Of a stretch of DNA of 64,000 bases, positions 49,561-58,840 are shown one piece after another; the stretch's first letter is position 1, and each line of letters starts with the position of its first letter. The translations under genes and the position numbers were made by a program. Under the pieces are notes generated by a model that worked only from the letters and a program-made list of their open reading frames with translations, did no database searches and was not told the DNA's origin. Location: contig JBBQRF010000003.1 in NCBI GenBank assembly GCA_038215155.1, positions 553 through 64,552 of the forward strand, in the 5' to 3' direction. This DNA comes from Minisyncoccia bacterium (lineage in GTDB: Bacteria; Patescibacteriota; Minisyncoccia; Phycocordibacterales; CAJBRS01).

Positions 49561-51321
49561 TTAATTATTAGCAAAAATTCGCCAGACCCTCTCTTTTTCT
49601 AAATACCAATTTTCAATTCCAACAAAACGTTCGGTCGCATTGTTGATATTTTCCAAGTTAACTCCATTAAGATTTTTTGGTAAGACGTAAATAAAATCTG
49701 GTGTGTATAAGAAAATGGCGGGCACATCATTATCTATCTCACTTTCTACTTTTTGATAATTACTGATGGCTAATTGAGTATCCGTTGATCCGCGAGCCGA
49801 TTCTAAAAGCTTGTCTACTTTACTATTAGTGTATAAAGCAATATTTAAACCTGGCTCTTTCCTTTCTGCTGAAGCCCAGAAACTATAAATATCTAAGCCT
49901 GGTGGAATAACTTCTCCAAATAGAAGGGCCTCATATTTTCTAGATTGGATAACTTCTTGATTGAGGGCGGTAGACTGAAAAATCTTTACCTTTACCTCGG
50001 CGCCAATTGCTTCCCACATTTTTTTCACTAAATTTGCCGTATTTACTAAGTCGGGTGCATCAGCGGTGGAGATGGTTAATGAAAGGCGCTCGGACTTTTT
50101 GTTTGAGGTTTTCTGCATAATGCCGTCCGCACCTCTTGACCATCCAACATTAGTCAAAATCTTAATAGTGGCTGCCACTCGATCAGCCTCTGAAAGATTT
50201 AAAATGTCAGCAGAGTTACTGACTTCGCCACTATCGGTAGCTGAAAGAGGTTTTATCAAATTAGGAGGAATGGCTTCAGTGGTAGGCTCTCCATAACCGT
50301 TCAATACTTCTTTGACAATCTTTTTTCGATCAACGGCCACATTAAGCGCTTGTCTGATTTCTTTATGTAAAAGCACTGGATTTTCACTTTGATTAAAAAA
50401 GATACCAAAGACGCGGGGGAGGGTAGAGGTGGCAATGATAGTATTCCGAGAATTGATGAAAGTAGCTTGATCGGGCGAAATAGAGCTTAAGTTTTTCACC
50501 TCGTTACTATTGAAAGCGCTAAGCAATTGATTTTGATCACTATAAAACCTAACAATAATGTCGTTAATATAGGGGTGACCACTGGCATAATTTTTAAAAG
50601 GCACTAAGTGATAATACCGTGGCAAGCCGGAAGAATTAGTCTTAATACTTTTCAGCATATAAGGTCCTGAACCAATTGGCTCGCGATTTAGCGCGCTTAA
50701 AGTAAAAGAGTCGACATTACTAGCTTCAGCCCAAAGGTGTTTAGGTAAAATTCCAAGGGTAGTGTTTTGTAGAAAAGGGCCATACGGCTTCTTTAAAGAG
50801 AATTTAATCTCCGTTGGACTAACAATTTCAATAGTAACGCCCTGCCAATTGGCTTCTTTTGGACTTTTAATAGAGAGGTCTTGAGTTTTGAGGATGGTAA
50901 ATTGAATATCGTCTGTAGTGACTGGAATACCATCTTGGAACGTAATGTTTTTCTTTAAGATAAAATCATAAGTTAAACCATCCGGGGAGACACTATAGCT
51001 TTCGGCTAAATCAGGCACTAAATTGCCTCCGGGAGTTTTTTTCATTAAACCAGAATAGATTAATTGAGATAGCGCTCGTCCAGAATCAGTAAAACTAAGG
51101 ATAGGATTAATGTAGCGTGGATAGCCAATTACGCCTTCTTCTAAGGTACCGCCAGCACTCGGTACCTCTACCATAAAGGCATTGTTGACTTTCAAAAGCA
51201 AAAATAATGTCGATAAAGCGAAGAGGAAGAAGAAAAAATAAAAAACCAGACTTTCAGACAGACTAAAAGACTGAATAGCAGCGCTTACTTTTTCGGACTT
51301 GGGAATATACCATCTTTTCAC
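49561..51321 (-). CDS. ABC transporter substrate-binding protein, family 5 (peptide/nickel type)
   Basis: N-terminal TM/signal. 586 aa with a family-5 SBP-like pattern. Confidence 0.75.
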   Translation of the reverse strand: MKRWYIPKSEKVSAAIQSFSLSESLVFYFFFFLFALSTLFLLLKVNNAFMVEVPSAGGTLEEGVIGYPRYINPILSFTDSGRALSQLIYSGLMKKTPGGNLVPDLAESYSVSPDGLTYDFILKKNITFQDGIPVTTDDIQFTILKTQDLSIKSPKEANWQGVTIEIVSPTEIKFSLKKPYGPFLQNTTLGILPKHLWAEASNVDSFTLSALNREPIGSGPYMLKSIKTNSSGLPRYYHLVPFKNYASGHPYINDIIVRFYSDQNQLLSAFNSNEVKNLSSISPDQATFINSRNTIIATSTLPRVFGIFFNQSENPVLLHKEIRQALNVAVDRKKIVKEVLNGYGEPTTEAIPPNLIKPLSATDSGEVSNSADILNLSEADRVAATIKILTNVGWSRGADGIMQKTSNKKSERLSLTISTADAPDLVNTANLVKKMWEAIGAEVKVKIFQSTALNQEVIQSRKYEALLFGEVIPPGLDIYSFWASAERKEPGLNIALYTNSKVDKLLESARGSTDTQLAISNYQKVESEIDNDVPAIFLYTPDFIYVLPKNLNGVNLENINNATERFVGIENWYLEKERVWRIFANN

Positions 51322-51380
51322 GACAATTTTGAGGGAGATAATAGATCAGCGAAACTGAGCTAAATTACTGGTAAAATTAT

Positions 51381-51647
51381 TTAGATTACTAAGGCCAAAA
51401 AGGCCGACAAGGCAAACAAGGATGCAAGGACAATAGTGGAGATAAATAAGGTTCTTTCAAAGCCGCGACGGGTTCGGTGGACGGAGCTGAAGCTGTCGCC
51501 GCCGAAGGCGGCTCCAACTGAGGCATCAGAACGTTGCAGTAAAACAGCGACGATTAACAGGATCGACAGTACGATTTCAATATAGGGCAATATTCCAGAG
51601 AGAAACTGCATTTCTCCCACTTTAGCAAAAAGGTCTAAAAATTGCAA
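51381..51647 (-). CDS. secG: Preprotein translocase subunit SecG
   Basis: 88 aa, two TM helices, LLQRSDASVGAAFGG. Confidence 0.7.
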   Translation of the reverse strand: MQFLDLFAKVGEMQFLSGILPYIEIVLSILLIVAVLLQRSDASVGAAFGGDSFSSVHRTRRGFERTLFISTIVLASLFALSAFLALVI

Positions 51648-51710
51648 CCTTGAATTTAATTGAAAAATTCCTTATATTTAAGACCCTATTAAAACTAATC
51701 ACTATTAAAT

Positions 51711-52067
51711 ATGTCTAAAGGAAAATCATCGAACGGAAAGACAAATAAAGGAAACAAAGAAATCATAGCAATTATGCCACTTGCTGATCGCGTATTGCTT
51801 CGCCCTCTGAATCCAGATGAAATTGAGAAAAAATCCAATTTCGGTATCATCATTCCCGAGACCATCAGCAAAGAAAAACCGGAGCAAGGAAAGGTAGTGG
51901 CAGTAGGAGAAGGAAAACTTAATGAAAAAGGCGAAAAAATTCCAATGAGTGTAAAAGTGGGGGATCGAGTGTTATTCTCCAAATATGGTTATGACGAAAT
52001 TAAGATAGGAGAGGAGGAATACCTGATTGTTTCAGAAAGTCAGATTTTAGCAGTAATTAAGAAATAG
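51711..52067 (+). CDS. groES: Co-chaperonin GroES. The alternative start at 51771 would give a canonical 98-aa protein; 51711 adds a Lys-rich 20-aa N-terminus
   Basis: MPLADRVLLRP...IIIPE...GKVVAVGEG...VGDRVLFSKYG. Confidence 0.85.
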   Translation: MSKGKSSNGKTNKGNKEIIAIMPLADRVLLRPLNPDEIEKKSNFGIIIPETISKEKPEQGKVVAVGEGKLNEKGEKIPMSVKVGDRVLFSKYGYDEIKIGEEEYLIVSESQILAVIKK

Positions 52068-52072
52068 AAAAT

Positions 52073-53713
52073 ATGGCCAAAAAAATTATTTACAACGAAG
52101 AGGCGAGAAAACTTTTAAAAAATGGTGTTGATGCTGTCGCCAATGCAGTAAAAATTACGATAGGTCCTCGCGGCCGAAACGTCGTGCTAGATAAAGGATA
52201 TGGCTCACCAACTATTACTAATGACGGTGTCTCTATTGCCAAAGAAATTACTTTGGCTGATAAGTTTGAAAATATGGGAGCGGAGATCATTAAAGAAGTT
52301 GCCACTAAGACTAATGAAACTGCGGGCGACGGTACTACCACTTCTGTTATTCTCGCCCAAGCTATTATTCGAGAAGGTATGAAGCACGCCACCATGGGAG
52401 TGAATGCCATGGCTTTACGCAGTGGAATTGAGAAAGCGGCACAAGATGTAGTGGCAGCACTAAAAAGCATTGCTAAAGAAATTAAGAATAAAGAGGAAAT
52501 TCGCCAAGTGGCTACTATTTCTGCTGAGTCACCGGAAATTGGCAAAATTATTGCTGACACTATTGATAAGGTAGGAAAAGACGGAGTAGTAACTGTAGAA
52601 GAGTCTCAATCTCTTGGAATTGACTCTGAAGTAGTAGAAGGTATGGAATTTGATAAAGGATATGTTTCGGCCTACATGATTACTAATTCTGAGAGAATGG
52701 AAGCCGAATACCGAGACCCCGCCATTCTAATCACCGACAAGAAGATTTCCAGCGTTAAAGAAATTCTGCCGCTCTTAGAAAAATTAGCCCAGAGTGGCAA
52801 AAAAGATTTAGTCATTATTGCCGAAGATGTAGATGGAGAGGCGCTGGCCACTTTTATCGTTAATAAATTACGCGGCGGCTTTAATGTTCTTGCGGTGAAA
52901 GCACCAGGATACGGCGATCGAAAGAAAGAACAACTTCAAGACCTTGCCATCACTGTTGGTGCTCAAGTTATTTCAGAAGATCTCGGAATTAAATTGGAGA
53001 ACGCGGAGCTTAGCATGTTGGGCCGAGCTAACAGGGTAGTAGCGACTAAAGACAATACTATTGTAGTGGGCGGGAAAGGTAAGAAAGTTGAAATTGAAAA
53101 GCGAGTGGCCTCACTTAAAAAACAGCGAGAGGGAATTGATTCTAGTTTTGATCGAGAGAAATTAGATGAGCGAATTGCTAAACTCTCTGGTGGAGTTGCA
53201 GTGATTCGCGTCGGCGCCGCTACTGAAACGGAAATGAAATATTTGAAACTAAAAATTGAAGACGCGGTCAACGCTACTAAGGCAGCTATTGCTGAAGGAA
53301 TAGTGGCCGGTGGAGGTAGTGCCTTAGTGAGAGTAGCAGAAAAAATCGGTCGCAAAGACAGAAGTAATAATCGCGACGAAATGTCTTTGGGCTACGATAT
53401 TGTCATTCGCGCTCTGGAAGAACCCTTAAAACAAATTGCAATAAATGCTGGCAAAGACGATGGCTCGGTTATCGTCGAGAAAATTAAAAAAGCTAAAGGC
53501 AATGCCGGATACGACGCTCTAAATGACGAGATAGTCTCGGACATGCTCGCTGCGGGAATCATTGATCCAGTTAAGGTGACGAGAAGTGGCGTGCAAAACG
53601 CTGCGAGCGCTGCCGCTATTCTACTAACTACGGAAGTAGCTATAGCTGATATGCCAGAAGAAAAGAAACCGGCTTCGGGTGGAATGCCTGATATGGGAGG
53701 AATGGGCTATTAA
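52073..53713 (+). CDS. groEL: Chaperonin GroEL
   Basis: AKKIIYNEEARKLLKNGVDAVANAVKITIGPRGRNVVL and the C-terminal GGMPDMGGMGY. Confidence 0.95.
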   Translation: MAKKIIYNEEARKLLKNGVDAVANAVKITIGPRGRNVVLDKGYGSPTITNDGVSIAKEITLADKFENMGAEIIKEVATKTNETAGDGTTTSVILAQAIIREGMKHATMGVNAMALRSGIEKAAQDVVAALKSIAKEIKNKEEIRQVATISAESPEIGKIIADTIDKVGKDGVVTVEESQSLGIDSEVVEGMEFDKGYVSAYMITNSERMEAEYRDPAILITDKKISSVKEILPLLEKLAQSGKKDLVIIAEDVDGEALATFIVNKLRGGFNVLAVKAPGYGDRKKEQLQDLAITVGAQVISEDLGIKLENAELSMLGRANRVVATKDNTIVVGGKGKKVEIEKRVASLKKQREGIDSSFDREKLDERIAKLSGGVAVIRVGAATETEMKYLKLKIEDAVNATKAAIAEGIVAGGGSALVRVAEKIGRKDRSNNRDEMSLGYDIVIRALEEPLKQIAINAGKDDGSVIVEKIKKAKGNAGYDALNDEIVSDMLAAGIIDPVKVTRSGVQNAASAAAILLTTEVAIADMPEEKKPASGGMPDMGGMGY

Positions 53714-53735
53714 CTAGCCGTGTTATAATAGGAAT

Positions 53736-54392
53736 ATGAAAAATTCTCCTAATGGTTTTGTTAGTATGGCTATCGGGTTGGTCCTTGTCCTAATAGGTGC
53801 CTCCTTGTGGGAATACTCAACCTTCACTCTATCTAAAAAAATTCAAGCGGGAGGATTGTTGAGTAGTCGAGAGTATCAGAATGTTCCGACTCCTATTTCC
53901 ACCAATGGTTGGAAAACCTATCAAGATAATCAGTACGGTTTTTCCTTACAATATCCTAATGACTTTTCTCTAAAAGAAGAACCTGGGCAGAGTGTTACTT
54001 TAGTTGTCCCGGTGGAAAATTATTTTAAAACTAAATTAACCGGCGAAGCCACCTTAACTATTTATAATGTGGGCAAAAGTTGTCCTGCAATTTCAGGCGA
54101 AAATCAGCATCCAACTTCTAAATCAAATCTTAGTTCGGCAGCCGGTAACTTTACTCGCGTCGCTTGGTCCGATGTGGGAGCGGGGCAGTTGTATGAGTCG
54201 GCGCACTACTCTTTAATTAAAAATAGTCTTTGCTACTCAGCATTACTTTTGATTCATAGTAGTAACGGTGCAGGCGTCTATTATTCTGATCCGGAGAAAA
54301 TTGCTGAAGTTGAAAAACAGCAAGCCGATGATAAAGTCGCTTTCATTCAGGTAATAGATCGAATTATTTCTACCTTTAAATTTGTAAAATAA
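53736..54392 (+). CDS. Hypothetical secreted protein (218 aa)
   Basis: N-terminal TM/signal. Confidence 0.45.
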   Translation: MKNSPNGFVSMAIGLVLVLIGASLWEYSTFTLSKKIQAGGLLSSREYQNVPTPISTNGWKTYQDNQYGFSLQYPNDFSLKEEPGQSVTLVVPVENYFKTKLTGEATLTIYNVGKSCPAISGENQHPTSKSNLSSAAGNFTRVAWSDVGAGQLYESAHYSLIKNSLCYSALLLIHSSNGAGVYYSDPEKIAEVEKQQADDKVAFIQVIDRIISTFKFVK

Positions 54393-54396
54393 AAAT

Positions 54397-54960
54397 ATGA
54401 TTATATTCATTATTGTTATCGCACTTGTTCTCGGATGGTTCGTAGCTAGCTACAATGGTTTCGTTAAATTAACTCAACGAGCTCGCGAGGCCTTGGCAGA
54501 TATTGATGTTCAATTAAAGCGCCGGCACGATTTAATTCCGAATCTTGTTAATACAGTGAAGGGTTACGCCACTCATGAAGCAGGCGTTTTTGATCGAGTA
54601 ACAGCGGCGCGGAGCGCCGCTGTTAGCGCCGGCTCCGCCGGCCTCGCCCCTCGAGCAGCCGCTGAGGGGGCGCTTTCAAGTGCGCTCGGCAAACTCTTCG
54701 CTGTCGCTGAGGCCTATCCCGAACTGAAAGCAAATCAAAACTTCCTAGAGCTTCAACGAGAGCTTGAAGATACAGAAAACAAGATCCAAGCCGCTCGGAG
54801 ATTTTACAACACTAACGTCAGAGACCTATCTATTAAGCTCGGGTCTTTTCCCTCCAATCTAATTGCTCAAATGTTTCATTTTCAAAAGATGGATTACTTC
54901 GAACTCGGAGATTCTCCAGAAGCTACTGCCGCTCGAGAGCCAGTAGAAGTGAAGTTTTAA
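54397..54960 (+). CDS. lemA: LemA-family protein
   Basis: N-terminal TM, then YNGFVKLTQRAREALADIDVQLKRRHDLIPNLV. Confidence 0.8.
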   Translation: MIIFIIVIALVLGWFVASYNGFVKLTQRAREALADIDVQLKRRHDLIPNLVNTVKGYATHEAGVFDRVTAARSAAVSAGSAGLAPRAAAEGALSSALGKLFAVAEAYPELKANQNFLELQRELEDTENKIQAARRFYNTNVRDLSIKLGSFPSNLIAQMFHFQKMDYFELGDSPEATAAREPVEVKF

Positions 54961-54964
54961 GACT

Positions 54965-55444
54965 ATGGCAGTACCTTCAAGAGAATTACACAGGATTGTA
55001 CCGACAGTCATCATTTATAATTCAGAAAAGAAATATTTAATTACAAAACGTAGTGAGAAACTTCCTGTTTTTCCCGGCCGTTGGACTGTTCCGGGTGGAG
55101 GATTATCCATGGATGATTATGAAACCATGCCCTTCTCTAATAAAAATGACAAGCAATGGTATTTTGTTTTGGAAAAAGGCTTGCGCCGAGAAGTAAAGGA
55201 GGAAGTAAATTTAGAAATAGGAATTCCTGAATATTTATTGGATCTAGTTTTCATTCGACCGGACAATGTACCAGTGGTGGTATTAACTTTTATCGCTCCC
55301 TATGTCTCCGGAGAAATTGTCTTAAATGATGGGGAGAATACAGAATTTCAATGGATTAATGCGGCAGAAGCAAAAGACTATGATTTCGTGGGGGATATTG
55401 CCATGGAAATTGAACTTGCCGATAAACGTCTACAAGAACAATGA
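54965..55444 (+). CDS. NUDIX hydrolase
   Basis: Nudix box GGGLSMDDYE...LRREVKEEVNL. Confidence 0.7.
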   Translation: MAVPSRELHRIVPTVIIYNSEKKYLITKRSEKLPVFPGRWTVPGGGLSMDDYETMPFSNKNDKQWYFVLEKGLRREVKEEVNLEIGIPEYLLDLVFIRPDNVPVVVLTFIAPYVSGEIVLNDGENTEFQWINAAEAKDYDFVGDIAMEIELADKRLQEQ

Positions 55445-56343
55445 CTCTCTACACTCAACAAGATTCTAATATTGCCAAGACCTGGATTTTGATGGCCCTC
55501 TTTCTCGGTGTTATCGTAGGTGTTGGCTATTTTTTTAGTTATTACTATCGAAACCCTAGCATTTTATATTTTGCGTTCTTTTTCAGCTTAATCATGAACA
55601 TTGGAAGTTATTGGTTTTCCGACAAAATTACTTTGGCTGTCTCTCGGGCAAAACCGATAAGTAAGACCGAAGCTCCTGATTTATATAATATAGTGGAGAA
55701 TCTTTCCATTACGGCGGGATTACCCATGCCGAAAATTTATATTATTAATGATTCCGCTCCGAACGCCTTTGCCACTGGACGGAATAAAGATCATGCTGCC
55801 ATGGCCGTCACCTCTGGGTTATTAGAGATGATGAATAAGACTGAGCTCGAAGGAGTGATTGCTCACGAACTCTCTCATATCGGAAACCGAGATATTTTAA
55901 TTTCTACGGTTGTGGTAGTGTTGGTGGGTCTAGTAACTTTACTCTCAGATTTTTTTCTTCGCATATCTTTTTTTGGCGGTGGACGGAGCAGAGATAGGGA
56001 AGGTGGCGGAGGCGTCTTAGTAATTGTTGGTATCGCCTTGGCTATCCTCACACCAATTATTGCCACTTTGATTCAGCTGGCTATTTCGCGCCGCCGAGAA
56101 TCTTTAGCGGATGCTAGCGGTGCACTTTTGACGCGCTACCCTGAAGGTTTAGCTAGCGCGCTAGAGAAAATTGCTGGATATAAAATCCCCATGAAGCATG
56201 CCAATAATGCTACCGCCCATCTATATATCTCCAATCCATTTGGACCGGACAATCGGCGGATAAGTGCCATTGCGCGATTGTTCCTAACCCACCCACCCAT
56301 TGAAGAAAGAATTACTGCTTTGCGGGGAAGTGAAAGAGGGTAA
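55441..56343 (+). CDS. htpX: Zinc metalloprotease HtpX (M48)
   Basis: HELSHI zinc motif, 4 TM helices, Gly-rich insert. Confidence 0.9.
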   Translation: MTLYTQQDSNIAKTWILMALFLGVIVGVGYFFSYYYRNPSILYFAFFFSLIMNIGSYWFSDKITLAVSRAKPISKTEAPDLYNIVENLSITAGLPMPKIYIINDSAPNAFATGRNKDHAAMAVTSGLLEMMNKTELEGVIAHELSHIGNRDILISTVVVVLVGLVTLLSDFFLRISFFGGGRSRDREGGGGVLVIVGIALAILTPIIATLIQLAISRRRESLADASGALLTRYPEGLASALEKIAGYKIPMKHANNATAHLYISNPFGPDNRRISAIARLFLTHPPIEERITALRGSERG

Positions 56344-56364
56344 TAATGAATTTCTGGGAGAAAT

Positions 56365-56405
56365 AAAAAAGACCTGAAGCACGCGTATGAGCTTCAGGCC
56401 TTAAA
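56365..56405. terminator. Bidirectional terminator hairpin (cctgaagc acgcgtatga gcttcagg), with an A-run upstream and a T-rich stretch downstream
   Basis: Serves htpX on the + strand and the small minus-strand gene 56408-56680. Confidence 0.55.
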
Positions 56406-56407
56406 GT

Positions 56408-56680
56408 TTAAGCCACCGGTATTAAAGCCGGTCGCTCCAGGATAGGGCGAATTCCCAAGTGCCGAACGGATCGTTCCGCAATCACCACTAGTCGTCCACC
56501 GCGCCTCAAACTGATATCTAAGGCTGTCCGGCGCGACAAGATACGACCAACTATTTCTGTCAGTCTTTTTTGGACGGTCTTTTGCCGAAGTCGCTTAGCT
56601 GGAATCCATCGAATAGCGCGGCGATAAACGCGGTGAGCCACCCAATCCACCTCCATTCCAAAATTATTAAATGTTTTCAT
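56408..56680 (-). CDS. Small Arg-rich basic protein (90 aa) in a GC-rich patch; it could instead be a structured RNA
   Basis: It has its own ttgaca-17-taatac promoter (complement of 56690-56718) and a terminator at 56365-56405. GC content is well above that of flanking DNA. Confidence 0.3.
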   Translation of the reverse strand: MKTFNNFGMEVDWVAHRVYRRAIRWIPAKRLRQKTVQKRLTEIVGRILSRRTALDISLRRGGRLVVIAERSVRHLGIRPILERPALIPVA

Positions 56681-56689
56681 CTAGTTCAT

Positions 56690-56718
56690 GTATTACCACG
56701 AACATCAGGAAATGTCAA
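56690..56718 (-). promoter_or_regulatory. Sigma70-like promoter on the minus strand (ttgaca-17-taatac), 9 nt upstream of the ATG at 56680
   Basis: Complement of tgtcaa at 56713-56718 and of gtatta at 56690-56695. Confidence 0.45.
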
Positions 56719-56729
56719 ATCACATCGAA

Positions 56730-57326
56730 TTACTCCAGGCCAATAATCTTTAATCCACAGTCACGATAATTATTCACTTCTAAATTCTGCCAGGCTCCAA
56801 GGGATTTCCCATATCCTTTATTTGGGCACGAATGATAAATTACTCCCCATTGAGTTCCCAAACGTTCTTCTATCTTCAGGCGCAGCTCGTCTATCACATA
56901 TATTTCTTTTGAGTGAAGATCTTTTAACGGATTACTAACGGAGATAACTGCTGGCTGCTGAAGTGTAATCAGAAAGGTTCCTTTTTTCTTTTTCTTAGGA
57001 GTTCGGGCGATATGGCCTGGCTTCCGTTTTACTTTCAGCGGTTTTTTTACTTCCATGTTTTCTTGCTGTTTTGCTTGGGGTGGTGGAAGAATGTCCTCAA
57101 TTAGAATTGGAATCTCTTCCACTTTCTTTCTGAATTCAGGCGTATCGTAGTGGTCCCGTGCTATTTTATTAACCAACACTTCCACCTTTTCTGAACCCTG
57201 GATCGAGCGATGATACTGAATAGTGAACAATTTCAGCTGCCTAGCTGATTGCGGCAGTACGGGAAAGGAGAATGGTTCAAATCCGGTAGGGTTAGGATCT
57301 CCAGCTTTTAAGGTTCTTATATTCAT
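56730..57326 (-). CDS. Hypothetical protein (198 aa) with an internal Lys-rich stretch
   Basis: ORF only. Confidence 0.45.
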   Translation of the reverse strand: MNIRTLKAGDPNPTGFEPFSFPVLPQSARQLKLFTIQYHRSIQGSEKVEVLVNKIARDHYDTPEFRKKVEEIPILIEDILPPPQAKQQENMEVKKPLKVKRKPGHIARTPKKKKKGTFLITLQQPAVISVSNPLKDLHSKEIYVIDELRLKIEERLGTQWGVIYHSCPNKGYGKSLGAWQNLEVNNYRDCGLKIIGLE

Positions 57327-57392
57327 CTACTCCGATTTAAGCATAGAGTAAATTCAATTACAATGTAAAATAGATAAAGTAATTAAATAAAC

Positions 57393-57479
57393 GGAGAGGT
57401 GCCAGAGTGGTTGAATGGGCAGACCTGGAAAGTCTGTATGCCGGTAACGGTATCGAGGGTTCGAATCCCTCCCTCTCCG
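57393..57479 (+). tRNA. tRNA-Ser (anticodon GGA), type II
   Basis: Acceptor ggagagg/cctctcc, anticodon stem cagac/gtctg, loop ctGGAaa, long variable arm, T-arm gaggg ttcgaat ccctc, discriminator G. Confidence 0.9.
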
Positions 57480-57623
57480 CAAAGACAAAATTTAATATAT
57501 TTTCATATTAAAATTTTGGCTTCGGTCGGAAGCGTGGTGGTGGGATTCGAACTAGTTCGAATAACTCTATGGTTAAGGAGCCTCAAAAATCCAAAATCTG
57601 TGGCGCGTAGTTTAAAAGTTTTT

Positions 57624-57641
57624 TCCCTCCCTCTCCGCAAA
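57624..57641 (+). repeat. 18-nt perfect direct repeat (tccctccctctccgcaaa) of the tRNA-Ser 3' end (57466-57483); att-like scar
   Basis: Identical 18-mer 158 bp downstream of the tRNA. Between them is a minus-strand tRNA 3' fragment (gttcgaatcccaccaccacg, complement of 57537-57556). Confidence 0.6.
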
Positions 57642-57746
57642 AATAAGGAACGAAGTGACTATATTTTTGCAGGATGCCGCAATTCTCCTGCGGCGCCGCA
57701 ACTTTTCGAGTCTACGAGCGACTATATTTTGCGAGAGTGCTGAGCT

Positions 57747-58058
57747 TTGCGAAGTGCTCCGCAAATTTCTATTGCATATTTCACTCAGTGCTTTAGAATA
57801 CAGGCAGAAATGAAAGATGATCCAGAGGCTTTTGCTCTTTTTGAAAAACGAGCTCGAGAATACGCCGCAGTACTTGCTGAGGCGAAAAATTTAGCGCAAT
57901 GTCGAACGGGGGCTGCTTCTCCGGTTCTGCAGGAAAAGAAATTGAATCAGTATGGCGCGGATTTGAAAACTCTTGGAAAATTGTTGGATATGACTCCGGC
58001 CGAATTAAAATCTCAAAGAGAAAGATTTGGCATACCGCATGAACCCGTCGAGACTTGA
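57747..58058 (+). CDS. Hypothetical protein (at most 103 aa; the true start may be the internal Met)
   Basis: ORF only. Confidence 0.35.
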   Translation: MRSAPQISIAYFTQCFRIQAEMKDDPEAFALFEKRAREYAAVLAEAKNLAQCRTGAASPVLQEKKLNQYGADLKTLGKLLDMTPAELKSQRERFGIPHEPVET

Positions 58059-58076
58059 ATCGGCGGCTTTTAATTA

Positions 58077-58658
58077 ATGACTTTCAAAAATAAATTCCTA
58101 TTAATAATTTGCATCTTGTTGGTTATCACTGCCATCTCTTTTGTCGTAAACCCTAAATCTTTACTGAAACTCTCACCAAATATTAAAGCGCCCTCTCTTA
58201 TTCCTTTAGATAATACCCCTGCCATTTGGCAGATTTACAGTTCTTCTACTTCTGATATCACTTTCAAATACCCGTCCACTCTCTCAGCGACTTTTGTCGG
58301 TTTGGTGGATTGGCCTCCCAGACCAGAGATTTCAGAGCAATCATTTTCTTGTAATGAGAGTGGGGACGGCCCTGAAGCCCAAAGGACGAGCACTACTTAT
58401 GCTCGAGTGATTAACGGCCGCACCTATTGCGTTAGCGTTACGAGACGGGGTGCGGCCGGCACTATCTACGATCAATATTCCTACTCCACGCTCTTAAATA
58501 CTAAAGTAGTAACTTTAACCTTCAGCATCCACCATCCTCAATGCGACAATTATGCTGATCAGAAAATCCATGAGGCCTGCCAGAAGGAAACAATCGGTTT
58601 TAGCGACCAACTTGACCAAACTATCAATCAAATTTTCAGCACTTTGACCTTTTCTTAA
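58077..58658 (+). CDS. Hypothetical secreted protein (193 aa)
   Basis: N-terminal TM/signal. Confidence 0.45.
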   Translation: MTFKNKFLLIICILLVITAISFVVNPKSLLKLSPNIKAPSLIPLDNTPAIWQIYSSSTSDITFKYPSTLSATFVGLVDWPPRPEISEQSFSCNESGDGPEAQRTSTTYARVINGRTYCVSVTRRGAAGTIYDQYSYSTLLNTKVVTLTFSIHHPQCDNYADQKIHEACQKETIGFSDQLDQTINQIFSTLTFS

Positions 58659-58793
58659 ATAAAGGGCATTCAACCCCAGTGCAGAGCCCTGGGCCCAAAT
58701 TCCGCCGCAGGGCGATGAGGTACTTACCCTTTGTTTCGCCGGCACTCGAACGTCATCAAAATTGCTATTTTGACGTCGCTTCTCGCTTGGCGA

Positions 58794-58840
58794 AATAAAA
58801 AACGCGTCGAACTTTCGGGGCGACGCGTTACCTTCTTAAA
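58794..58840. terminator. Bidirectional terminator hairpin (acgcgtcg aactttcgggg cgacgcgt) flanked by A-run and T-run
   Basis: Lies between convergent genes 58077-58658 (+) and 58836-59399 (-). Confidence 0.6.

Noticed and set aside
52090-53355. Minus-strand ORFs inside groEL (52090-52560, 52963-53355)
   Set aside because: Antisense shadows of the highly conserved groEL CDS.
56400-56700. GC-rich patch as 5S rRNA, RNase P RNA, SRP RNA or tmRNA
   Set aside because: Hand comparison with conserved cores (5S helix I and loop C, RNase P AGGAAAGUCCGGGC, SRP domain IV, tmRNA tRNA-like end) found only short chance matches such as GCCGAAC and GCGCGGUGG. It is kept only as a low-confidence small ORF or possible ncRNA.
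57515-57600. A second tRNA gene next to tRNA-Ser (ggtgggattcgaactagttcgaat)
   Set aside because: No cloverleaf can be folded on either strand. Only a T-loop plus acceptor 3' half is present on the minus strand. It is treated as a tRNA fragment or scar, not a gene.
57399-57743. 114-aa + strand ORF overlapping tRNA-Ser
   Set aside because: It begins inside the tRNA gene and spans the repeat and non-coding region. The reading frame is not believable.
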